Below, in pieces: positions 19,003 to 27,157 of a DNA stretch of 35,007 nucleotides; position 1 is the first letter of the stretch; each line of letters begins with the position of its first letter. A program made the position numbers and the translations under genes. Under the pieces are notes generated by a model. That model ran no database searches. It was not told the DNA's origin and saw only the letters and a program-made list of their open reading frames with translations. This DNA comes from Candidatus Delongbacteria bacterium (GTDB lineage Bacteria; UBA4055), in contig JAFGVM010000083.1 of the NCBI GenBank assembly GCA_016937995.1, positions 1 to 35,007 on the forward strand, given 5' to 3'.

Positions 19003-19926
19003 ATGAAAACAATTTCAATTGATAAAATAAAAGAACCCGTCGTAATGACATTAGGTTCTTTTGACGGAATACATCTGGGACACAAATCCCTTTTAGAGCT
19101 TTTAGTTTCCAGCTCTAAACAATCAGGCTCAAGATCTTTGATCGTATCTTTTGAACCCCACCCGAAAAAAATTATTTATCCCGACATAAAAATAAATCTT
19201 CTTACAAATTTCAACGAGAGGAATGAAATATTTAACGATCTGGGTATTGATTATTTTTCAATTATAGATTTCAATAAAGATATCGCTTCTATGGCATTTT
19301 ATGAATTTTATGAAAAGTTCATATTTTCAAATCTTAAGATCAAGCACATAGTTACGGGATTTAACCACGAATTCGGTAAAGGACGAAAAGGGAATTTTGA
19401 AAGTTTAAAGAAAATGTGTGATGAAAGAAATATAGAGATAACTTCTGTAGGGCCTATGTACTACAAAGGAAGGAATATCTCAAGCACAAGGATCAGAAAA
19501 GCCATTCTTGAGGGTTCTTTAACTGAGGCTAATGAAATGCTCGGGCATACATATTTTCTTATCGGTAAAGTTGTTCATGGTAAAGGGATCGGAAGAAATA
19601 TAGGTTTCCCTACAGCCAATATTAAGATCATTCATCCTGATAAAGTAATTCCTTTGAATGGTGTATACTTCACCAAAACTTCGGTAGAAGGTATATCTTA
19701 TTTCAGTATGACAAATATTGGAGTCAACCCTACTTTTGGGAACGGTCAGGAGAATATTGAGACCAATATTTTTGATTTTAATGACAACATCTATGATAAA
19801 GATATCAAGATCGAATTTATTTCTAGGATCAGAGAAGAGAAAAAATTCAAAGATCCTTCAGAGCTAGCAAATATGTTGGTAATAGACAGGAAAACCTGTT
19901 TAGAACTGGCTAAAGATCACCGTTAA
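19003..19926 (+). CDS. ribF: Bifunctional riboflavin kinase/FAD synthetase
   Basis: GSFDGIHLGH, FEPHP, ISSTRIR, GRNIGFPTAN and NIGVNPTF. Confidence 0.97.
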   Translation: MKTISIDKIKEPVVMTLGSFDGIHLGHKSLLELLVSSSKQSGSRSLIVSFEPHPKKIIYPDIKINLLTNFNERNEIFNDLGIDYFSIIDFNKDIASMAFYEFYEKFIFSNLKIKHIVTGFNHEFGKGRKGNFESLKKMCDERNIEITSVGPMYYKGRNISSTRIRKAILEGSLTEANEMLGHTYFLIGKVVHGKGIGRNIGFPTANIKIIHPDKVIPLNGVYFTKTSVEGISYFSMTNIGVNPTFGNGQENIETNIFDFNDNIYDKDIKIEFISRIREEKKFKDPSELANMLVIDRKTCLELAKDHR

Positions 19927-19944
19927 ATCATTATTGTAACACTT

Positions 19945-20415
19945 ATGAAGATCATAATTTTATCAGATACTCATTTCAGAAAAGGTTATTCTTTGAGCAA
20001 CAAATTCATTGAAGAGCTTTCCGATAGTGATACTATTATTCATTGTGGAGATTTTGTAAGTCTTGAATTTTATAATTTTTTAAATTCTTCGAAGCAGCTT
20101 ATCGCTGTAAGAGGTAATAACGATTATTCACTTTCTTCAATTTTGTCTTATGAGGAAACTTTTGATATCGAAGGTTACAAAATATCAGTTACTCACGGGC
20201 ATAGATACAGACTGGAGAACATACATTACGCATTCCCGGACAGTGACATTATTTTTTACGGGCATGAGCACCATCCATCAATCGAAAAATATGAAAATAA
20301 ACTTATTCTCAGTCCAGGCAGTTTAACTTCAAATAGATATGTAGGTTACAATTCGTTCATGACTGTAGAATTAAATAAGAATACTGAACCAGTTGTAAAG
20401 TTACATCAGATATAA
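19945..20415 (+). CDS. YfcE/MJ0936-type metallophosphoesterase
   Basis: SDTH, HCGD, VRGNND, THGH, GHEH and PGS motifs. Confidence 0.9.
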   Translation: MKIIILSDTHFRKGYSLSNKFIEELSDSDTIIHCGDFVSLEFYNFLNSSKQLIAVRGNNDYSLSSILSYEETFDIEGYKISVTHGHRYRLENIHYAFPDSDIIFYGHEHHPSIEKYENKLILSPGSLTSNRYVGYNSFMTVELNKNTEPVVKLHQI

Positions 20416-20432
20416 TGTTACCGGAGGGATAC

Positions 20433-21947
20433 ATGGGATCTTTTAATTTCACAAATAAAGATATTACTTTGATCAAAGAGCACGGGATCTCAATGGATGA
20501 AATTCTATCCCAGTTGGAAAAATTCAGAAAGGGTTCAACTTATTCAATTCTGGTAAAACCTGCAGTTTTAGGTTCAGGGATCTTTGACATTAATAATTAC
20601 GATAGAAGTGAACTTTTACAGTTATTCGATCAGGCATCGGAAAATGGAAGGATATCTAAATTCGTACCTGCTTCAGGAGCTGCTACAAGAATGTTCAAGG
20701 ATCTGCTTTCTTATGTTAATTCAGATAATTCAGGAAGATCAGAACTCTCTGAAAAAGAACTTACATCAGTAGCTGAGACAATGACAAATATTCAAAATTT
20801 TCCTTTCTTTGATGATCTTAAATTATCCATTGAAAAATCAGGTTTAAAGATGGATGATCTTGTCAATACTGAAGATTGCGTTACTATCCTTGATTTTCTG
20901 CTGTTCGAAAAAGGTCTGAATTATTCTAAGCTTCCAAAAGCTTTACTGAAATTCCATAAGTATGATAACGGATCCAGAACATCACTCGAAGAACATTTCG
21001 TCGAAGGAATGAAATATGCTGCCGACTCTTCAGGAAATATTAACTTGCACTTCACTGTTTCACCCGAGCATATTGAACTTTTTGAAAGTCTTATCACTGA
21101 ACTTAAGGGGAAATATCGATCAGGTTATAAATTCAATGTAACTCTTACAACCCAGAAACCCGAAACTGATACGATATCAGCAGATAAAAATAGTGATCCT
21201 TTCCGCGACAGAAACGGAAATATAGTTCTTCGGCCTGGAGGTCACGGTGCTCTGATACAGAACCTGAATTCTCTGAATGAGGACATAGTATTTGTTAAAA
21301 ATATCGACAACGTTCAACCTGAATATAATGACCTGAGCATTAATAAAAAATTACTCGCCGGCATTCTGATAAAGCTCCAAAATAAAATATTTCAATATAT
21401 CGAACTGCTTGAAAATTATGCTCTTGAATATCTTTTAGAGATCGAAAAATTCATTAATGACCTTCTGAATATTCAACTTAATGAAGATTATTTCATGAAA
21501 ACTCAGGATGACAAAATAGCATATCTTCTTTCTTTGCTGATCAGACCTGTCAGAGTTTGCGGAATGGTAAAGAATACCGGTGCTCCCGGAGGAGGACCTT
21601 TTTATGTGATAAAAAATGAACAGATCTCTCTTCAGATAGTCGAATCTTCTCAGATAGATATGGCAAAAGAAGATCAGAAAAATATATTTTTATCATCAAC
21701 GCATTTTAATCCGGTCGATCTTGTATGCGGAATAAAGGACAAAGAAGGTGATTCTTTCAATCTTTTAAACTACATTGATCATGATGCATATTTTATCTCT
21801 GAAAAATCCGTTGAAGGTAAGCCGTTAAAAGCACTTGAACTTCCAGGATTATGGAACGGTGCAATGGCTGACTGGATCACAGTCTTTGTTGAAGTTCCTC
21901 TTGAGACATTTACTCCGGTAAAAACTGTGAATGACCTGTTGAGGTAA
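20433..21947 (+). CDS. DUF4301 family protein (nucleotidyltransferase-like fold)
   Basis: KFVPASGAATRMFK, RPGGHGAL, KNIDNV, RVCGMVKNTGAPGGGPF, THFNPVDLVC and ELPGLWNGAM; start placed at ATG 20433 after GGAGG (the ORF track starts at 20415). Confidence 0.88.
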   Translation: MGSFNFTNKDITLIKEHGISMDEILSQLEKFRKGSTYSILVKPAVLGSGIFDINNYDRSELLQLFDQASENGRISKFVPASGAATRMFKDLLSYVNSDNSGRSELSEKELTSVAETMTNIQNFPFFDDLKLSIEKSGLKMDDLVNTEDCVTILDFLLFEKGLNYSKLPKALLKFHKYDNGSRTSLEEHFVEGMKYAADSSGNINLHFTVSPEHIELFESLITELKGKYRSGYKFNVTLTTQKPETDTISADKNSDPFRDRNGNIVLRPGGHGALIQNLNSLNEDIVFVKNIDNVQPEYNDLSINKKLLAGILIKLQNKIFQYIELLENYALEYLLEIEKFINDLLNIQLNEDYFMKTQDDKIAYLLSLLIRPVRVCGMVKNTGAPGGGPFYVIKNEQISLQIVESSQIDMAKEDQKNIFLSSTHFNPVDLVCGIKDKEGDSFNLLNYIDHDAYFISEKSVEGKPLKALELPGLWNGAMADWITVFVEVPLETFTPVKTVNDLLR

Positions 21948-22008
21948 TAAGTTGTGAGTTGACATTACTTCTCCATTCTCCATTCAGCTACAATTCATCT
22001 TAAAACAA

Positions 22009-22038
22009 TTGACTTTTCAATAATTCCTGCTATATTTG
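22009..22038 (+). promoter_or_regulatory. Putative promoter of the glucosaminidase gene
   Basis: TTGACT-N16-TATATT with an extended TG; it also matches the Bacteroidota TAnnTTTG element (TATATTTG). Confidence 0.55.
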
Positions 22039-22080
22039 TTTCAATTCTACAAATGATAATAGGAACGTGATATAAAGATA

Positions 22081-22845
22081 TTGACCATAATAATATTTCT
22101 TCTGGTATCAGGATTTTCTTTCGGTAAGGTAAACTTTATCGAGAAAGAGATTAAGACAGCTAAAGATATTTTACCGATTAAAGACTCCCTGGTCGTTCCT
22201 GTTCTTTACACAAAGACCATATCACTGAATCATTTACCTGTTGCTGAGAAAAAAAAGAAATTTTTTGAAATGATGCTTCCTGCTGTACTTGTTGCAAAGG
22301 CCAGGCTGGAGAAAACACTTGAACGAGTTATAGCGATTTCAAAAAAAGAGAAACTTACAAAAAGTGAATATGATTACCTTACTGAACTTTATGAAATTTA
22401 CAAAACAACAGATACGGAAGTTTTGATAAAAAGACTTCATCCCTTTCCTGTAAGCATCGCGCTTGCTCAAGCTGCGATAGAAAGCGGATGGGGAACATCC
22501 AGATTTTTTTTAAAAGCTGATAATCCGTTCGGTCTGTGGTCCTTTGATAAAAATGAGGAAAGAATTGTTGCAAAGGGCAGCAGAGACAGTAAGAGTGTTT
22601 ATTTAAAAAAATTCAGAAACCTCGGAGAATCTATTGATGCATATCTGAAAGTCATCGCAACTGGTCCGTATGCTACTTTTAGAGCACAGAATTTAAAGAT
22701 TAAAGATTCTTTGAAACTTGTGAAACATCTTCATCAGTACTCTGAAAAAAGAGAAAAATATGTTAAAGAGCTTTCACAGATAATAAGATCTAATGACCTC
22801 AGAAAATATGATACATACAGGATCTCTCCTGAATACATTAAGTAA
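22081..22845 (+). CDS. Bax-like GH73 glucosaminidase (peptidoglycan hydrolase), exported
   Basis: ALAQAAIESGWGTSRF...NPFG and YSE motifs; hydrophobic N-terminus; start codon uncertain. Confidence 0.87.
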   Translation: MTIIIFLLVSGFSFGKVNFIEKEIKTAKDILPIKDSLVVPVLYTKTISLNHLPVAEKKKKFFEMMLPAVLVAKARLEKTLERVIAISKKEKLTKSEYDYLTELYEIYKTTDTEVLIKRLHPFPVSIALAQAAIESGWGTSRFFLKADNPFGLWSFDKNEERIVAKGSRDSKSVYLKKFRNLGESIDAYLKVIATGPYATFRAQNLKIKDSLKLVKHLHQYSEKREKYVKELSQIIRSNDLRKYDTYRISPEYIK

Positions 22846-22907
22846 CTCCCTCCATAATAGTGCATCAATTCTAAAATCCCAACTATCAATTGTCAACTAT
22901 TTTTCAT

Positions 22908-22936
22908 TTGATTTTAAAGAATTCAAGGAATATCTT
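22908..22936 (+). promoter_or_regulatory. Putative promoter of the SPFH/Zn-ribbon pair
   Basis: TTGATT-N17-TATCTT. Confidence 0.5.
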
Positions 22937-22974
22937 TTAGTATACATTTTAATTAAAAGAACAAGGTGGTAAGT

Positions 22975-24080
22975 ATGGGAATTTTCAGCAAATTAAAAGG
23001 CGAATTAATAGACATTATTGAATGGCTAGATCCATCTAATGACACAATGGTCTACAGATTTGAAAGATATCAGAATGAGATAAAGAACGGTGCAAAACTT
23101 ACAGTCCGTGAAGGGCAAATTGCCGTATTTATAAATGAAGGCCAGATCGCTGATGTTTTCAATCCCGGAATGTATGAACTGAAAACAGAGAACTTACCTA
23201 TATTATCCACTTTAAAAGGATGGAAATACGGATTCAACAGCCCTTTTAAAGCTGAAGTTTATTTTCTTAGCACAAGAAATATCACTGATCAAAAATGGGG
23301 AACAAAAACCCTATAACATTATCTGATAACAGATTTGGAATGATCGAGATAAGGGCATTTGGTACTTACGTTATGAGAGTGAAAGACGGTCCTGTATTTA
23401 TCAAAGAGATCGTAGGTACAGATGGTCATTTCACTGCAGAAGAGATCGCTTCACAGCTCAGAAGTCTCATTGTAACAAGATTTACAGATGCAATAGGAGA
23501 AGCAGACATTCCTATAGAAAAATATGCTATGGATATGAATGAGATATCTGATGTAGTTCATGCTATAATTCAGCCTGAATTTGAAAAATACGGTATTGAG
23601 GTTACAAAATTCCTTATTGAAAATATTTCTATGCCTGAAGAGGTTAAAAAGGAGATCTTTGAGTTGAGCAGACTTGATAAAGTAGATCTAAATAAACTTG
23701 CACAGATGAAGGCTGCAAAAGCAATGGAAAAAGCCGCTGAGAACGAAAGCGGAGCCGCTGGAGCAGGTATCGGTATGGGGATGGGATTCGGAATGGCAAA
23801 TCAGATGGCAAATACTTTCTCAGGTAATCAGCAACAACAACAAACACCACCTGCCGCACCTCCGCCTATCCCGCCGGCTATAAAATTTTTCATTGTTGTA
23901 AATGGTCAGCAGAACGGCCCGCACGATATTCAGTCATTAAAGAACCTTTTATCTCAGGGACAATTCACAAAAGAAACACTGGTCTGGAAAGAGGGAATGG
24001 CAAACTGGACTGCAGCCGGTCAGGTGACTGAACTCAATGCTGTATTCGGAAGTGTTCCACCACCTATACCTGGAGCTTAA
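22975..24080 (+). pseudogene. SPFH (YdjI-like) protein with C-terminal GYF_2/DUF4339, split by a one-base frameshift (real lesion or sequencing error)
   Basis: ORF1 ends ...DQKWGTK and ORF2 continues KNPITL; one extra A in the A5 run at 23304-23308 restores WGTKNPI and a 368-aa ORF; tail QQNGP...TLVWKEGMANW. Confidence 0.85.
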
Positions 24081-24083
24081 AAA

Positions 24084-25205
24084 ATGGAGAAAACTGAAAA
24101 TACAATTGAAGAACAAAATATAGAATCATCCACTTTTGCCTGTACTAATTGCGGTGCTGATCTAAAGTATAAGCCCGGAACAGTTCATCTTAAATGTGAA
24201 TACTGCGGGACAGAGAATGAAATACCTCAGCTGGAAGTTGATATTAAAGAACTCGATTTTTATTCTTACCTTGAAAATAATTCTTCAAAAGAAGCTCATA
24301 TCTCTGTGCATGTTGTTAAATGTGAAAGTTGTGGAGCTTCATCAACTCTAGATCCGAATGTAACCTCAGCATCATGTCCATACTGCAACACTACTTTGAT
24401 CACAGAGTCAGCATACGATGAAAGTATTCTTCAGCCAAAATCAATGTTACCTTTCAAGATAGAAAAAAAAGATGCTTTAAAAGAATTTTCTACATGGGTG
24501 AAAAAATTATGGTTCGCCCCCAATGATCTGAAAAAAGCTGCTTTGAACTTCGATCATTTCAAAGGAATTTATATCCCTTACTGGACTTACGATTCTGATA
24601 CGAATTCCTACTATACCGGACAGAGAGGTATTTATTACTATGTTACAGAAACATATACAACTACCGAGAATGGAAAAAGTTTAACTAAGACAAGGCAAAA
24701 AAGAAAGACACGATGGTATCCTGTAAGCGGTCATGTAAAAAGATTCTTTGATGATGTTCTTACTGTTGCATCAAGATCTTTACCGGAAAAATATATCTAT
24801 GCACTTGAACCGTGGGACCTTGAAAACCTGGTACCATTCGATAAAAAATATCTAAGCGGTTTTATTACTGAAAAATATCAGATAGATCTGAAAGAAGGAT
24901 TTGATATTGCTAAAAAGATCATGGATGGAACTATTAGGTCGGATGTCAGACAGGATATTGGCGGAAATGAGCAGAGAATATTCCAGGTAAGTACGAGTTA
25001 TAATGATATAACCTTTAAGCATATTCTTTTGCCTGTATATGTAAGTGCGTATGCATACAAGAACAAACTGTTCAGATTCTTTGTAAATGCCAGAACAGGA
25101 GAGGTTCAGGGTGAAAGACCTGTAAGCTGGTTAAAAATTACTTTTGCAGCATTAGTGGTAATAGCAATAGTTGCAACAATATTTTATTTAAAAAATAAGC
25201 AGTAA
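24084..25205 (+). CDS. Double Zn-ribbon membrane-anchored protein (YdjG-like; often mis-annotated as a helicase)
   Basis: CTNC, CEYC, CESC and CPYC pairs; YIPYWTYD, LLPVY and VNARTGEVQGERP; C-terminal TM helix; no Walker motifs. Confidence 0.8.
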   Translation: MEKTENTIEEQNIESSTFACTNCGADLKYKPGTVHLKCEYCGTENEIPQLEVDIKELDFYSYLENNSSKEAHISVHVVKCESCGASSTLDPNVTSASCPYCNTTLITESAYDESILQPKSMLPFKIEKKDALKEFSTWVKKLWFAPNDLKKAALNFDHFKGIYIPYWTYDSDTNSYYTGQRGIYYYVTETYTTTENGKSLTKTRQKRKTRWYPVSGHVKRFFDDVLTVASRSLPEKYIYALEPWDLENLVPFDKKYLSGFITEKYQIDLKEGFDIAKKIMDGTIRSDVRQDIGGNEQRIFQVSTSYNDITFKHILLPVYVSAYAYKNKLFRFFVNARTGEVQGERPVSWLKITFAALVVIAIVATIFYLKNKQ

Positions 25206-25213
25206 GATGTTTT

Positions 25214-25255
25214 ACAGACAGGGTGGATTTTGTATATCTGCTCTGTTTGTGTTTC
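25214..25255 (+). terminator. Long 3' hairpin or terminator of the SPFH operon
   Basis: ACAGACAGGGTGGAT-tttgtat-ATCTGCTCTGTTTGT forms a 15-bp stem with four G-U pairs, followed by GTTTC. Confidence 0.65.
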
Positions 25256-25271
25256 ATAAGTATTATTCCAC

Positions 25272-25300
25272 TTGACATTACAATTTAACATAAGTATATT
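25272..25300 (+). promoter_or_regulatory. Near-consensus sigma70 promoter upstream of nnr
   Basis: TTGACA-N17-TATATT. Confidence 0.7.
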
Positions 25301-25467
25301 GCACCGTAACATTTTTTAATTCTTTTGAAATAATTTTTACGTGTGGAAGCAATTTTAATGGTTTTATAATTCCACTTTGTTTCAGTAATTAAAATTTAAA
25401 GGTTCGAAAAGCTGTAATATTAAACACTACATTGATTTATTTTTAATAATTTTCTAAGGAAATTTCT

Positions 25468-27018
25468 ATGAAAAAGCTTGTTACTGCCGAGATCATGAGG
25501 CAATTGGACAAAATGGTCATTGAAGAACATGGTATAAAAAGTTTCACATTGATGGAAAATGCCGCACAAAAATTCTTTGATAAAATGATCGAATATGAAG
25601 AAAATGTCAAAGGTAAAAAGATCACTGTTGTATGCGGAAAAGGAAATAATGGCGGTGATGGACTTCTTATAGCTCAGCACTTGAAAAATGCCGGAGCAGA
25701 TATTGATGTATTTATTCTTGCAAAGAAAACAGAAATCTCCTCAGATTCAAAAAAAGCTTTAACTCAATTGGCAAAAGTATATAAAAAATCTGTTTTCGTT
25801 GAAAAAATTGAAGATTTTGAATTATCCGAACCTGAATTGATCGTCGATGCAATATTTGGAACAGGATTTAATTCAAACCCTGAAGGTATTTTTTACGATA
25901 TCATAAAACAAATTAATGAATCAGAAGCTATAGTATATTCTGTTGACACTCCGTCAGGATTACATGGAACGACCGGTAATATTGAAGATATTGCTGTGAA
26001 GGCAAACCGAACTATCACAATGGCTTACGGGAAAGTAGGACTATATGTAAATGACGGTTATATCTATAGTGGAGATGTTGACGTGGTCGATATTGGTTTT
26101 CCAGCCATAATTGATGAGGAGATCCAGGATACCAGAATGCTTACAGAGGAAATTGATGCTACAGGCAGTTTTAAGAAAAGAGAATTGACCGTTGATAAAA
26201 AGGATTTTGGAAAAGTATTCAACTTCTCCGGATCGTTATCAATGCCGGGTGCGGCTGTCCTTTCATCCACTGCAGCATTAAGGTCCGGAACAGGTTTGCT
26301 AAAACTCGGAATTCCAATGAACATTTCTGCTTCAGTATCAACTCTTTTTCCCGAGATAATGTCAATACCATTAGGTTACGCACAACCAGGATTCACTTCC
26401 ATAAATGCAGAGAAAGAAGTTCTGAAGGGATACAAGTGGTGCGATGCATGTCTCACAGGACCTGGATTATCCGTTCATCCTGAAACAAAAAAAGTTGTAA
26501 AAAAACTGATCCAGAAATCAAACGGTAAACCATTGGTACTAGATGCTGATGCTTTGAACATTATGGCAGAACAAATTGAACTGTTTGAGAAAATGGGTCC
26601 CAACGTCGTACTTACACCTCATAACAGTGAAATGGCAAGAATGTTAAATACCAGTAAAGAATTATTTTTACTCGAAAGAATTGAGATCGTAAGCCAAAAA
26701 GCAATTGACTGGAATTGTTATATAGTACTGAAAGGAACTCCAACTTTAATCGCTTTTCCCGACGGAAGAATGTATACACATATTAATAAAAATCCTGCTA
26801 TGGCCGTTGGTGGTATCGGAGATACTCTTTCAGGTATAATTATCAGTCTGCTTGGTCAGAATATTCCAATGGAGAAAGCAATAATAACTTCTCTTTATAT
26901 CCACAGTATCGCTGGTAGATTTGCAACAGAAAAATACGGGGAAGTTAGTATGTTACCATCTGATCTGATCAATGAGATACCAAATGCCATAAAGTACATC
27001 CGATCATTGGAAAAATAA
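25468..27018 (+). CDS. nnr: Bifunctional NAD(P)HX epimerase/dehydratase (YjeF)
   Basis: CGKGNNGGDG, DAIFGTG, VDTPSG; GAAVLSSTAALRSGTGL, GPGL, LDADAL, LTPHNSE and GGIGDTLSG. Confidence 0.94.
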   Translation: MKKLVTAEIMRQLDKMVIEEHGIKSFTLMENAAQKFFDKMIEYEENVKGKKITVVCGKGNNGGDGLLIAQHLKNAGADIDVFILAKKTEISSDSKKALTQLAKVYKKSVFVEKIEDFELSEPELIVDAIFGTGFNSNPEGIFYDIIKQINESEAIVYSVDTPSGLHGTTGNIEDIAVKANRTITMAYGKVGLYVNDGYIYSGDVDVVDIGFPAIIDEEIQDTRMLTEEIDATGSFKKRELTVDKKDFGKVFNFSGSLSMPGAAVLSSTAALRSGTGLLKLGIPMNISASVSTLFPEIMSIPLGYAQPGFTSINAEKEVLKGYKWCDACLTGPGLSVHPETKKVVKKLIQKSNGKPLVLDADALNIMAEQIELFEKMGPNVVLTPHNSEMARMLNTSKELFLLERIEIVSQKAIDWNCYIVLKGTPTLIAFPDGRMYTHINKNPAMAVGGIGDTLSGIIISLLGQNIPMEKAIITSLYIHSIAGRFATEKYGEVSMLPSDLINEIPNAIKYIRSLEK

Positions 27019-27046
27019 TAAGTTATTTGCATAAATATTCAAACAC

Positions 27047-27074
27047 AAAGGCAGATCGTTGATCTGTCTTTTTT
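27047..27074 (+). terminator. Rho-independent terminator after nnr
   Basis: AAAGGCAGATC-gtt-GATCTGTCTTT followed by further Ts. Confidence 0.85.
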
Positions 27075-27088
27075 ATTAAGAATTTAGC

Positions 27089-27117
27089 TTGGATATAACA
27101 TTCGTCTAAATTATATT
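27089..27117 (+). promoter_or_regulatory. Putative promoter of rel
   Basis: TTGGAT-N17-TATATT; GGAG RBS before ATG 27158. Confidence 0.5.
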
Positions 27118-27157
27118 ATACCGAACAGAAAAATTCCTTCAATTTGGAGTAATATAA

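Noticed and set aside
20413-20417. TAATG translational coupling of the phosphoesterase and DUF4301
   Set aside because: A better start with a GGAGG RBS lies at 20433, so the overlap is probably incidental.
23295-24080. ORF 23295-24080 as an independent gene, or a viral core protein
   Set aside because: It is the 3' part of the frameshifted SPFH gene; the virion-core label attached to this family does not indicate a prophage.
24084-25205. PriA or superfamily II helicase
   Set aside because: No Walker A/B or helicase motifs; only the Zn ribbons resemble PriA.
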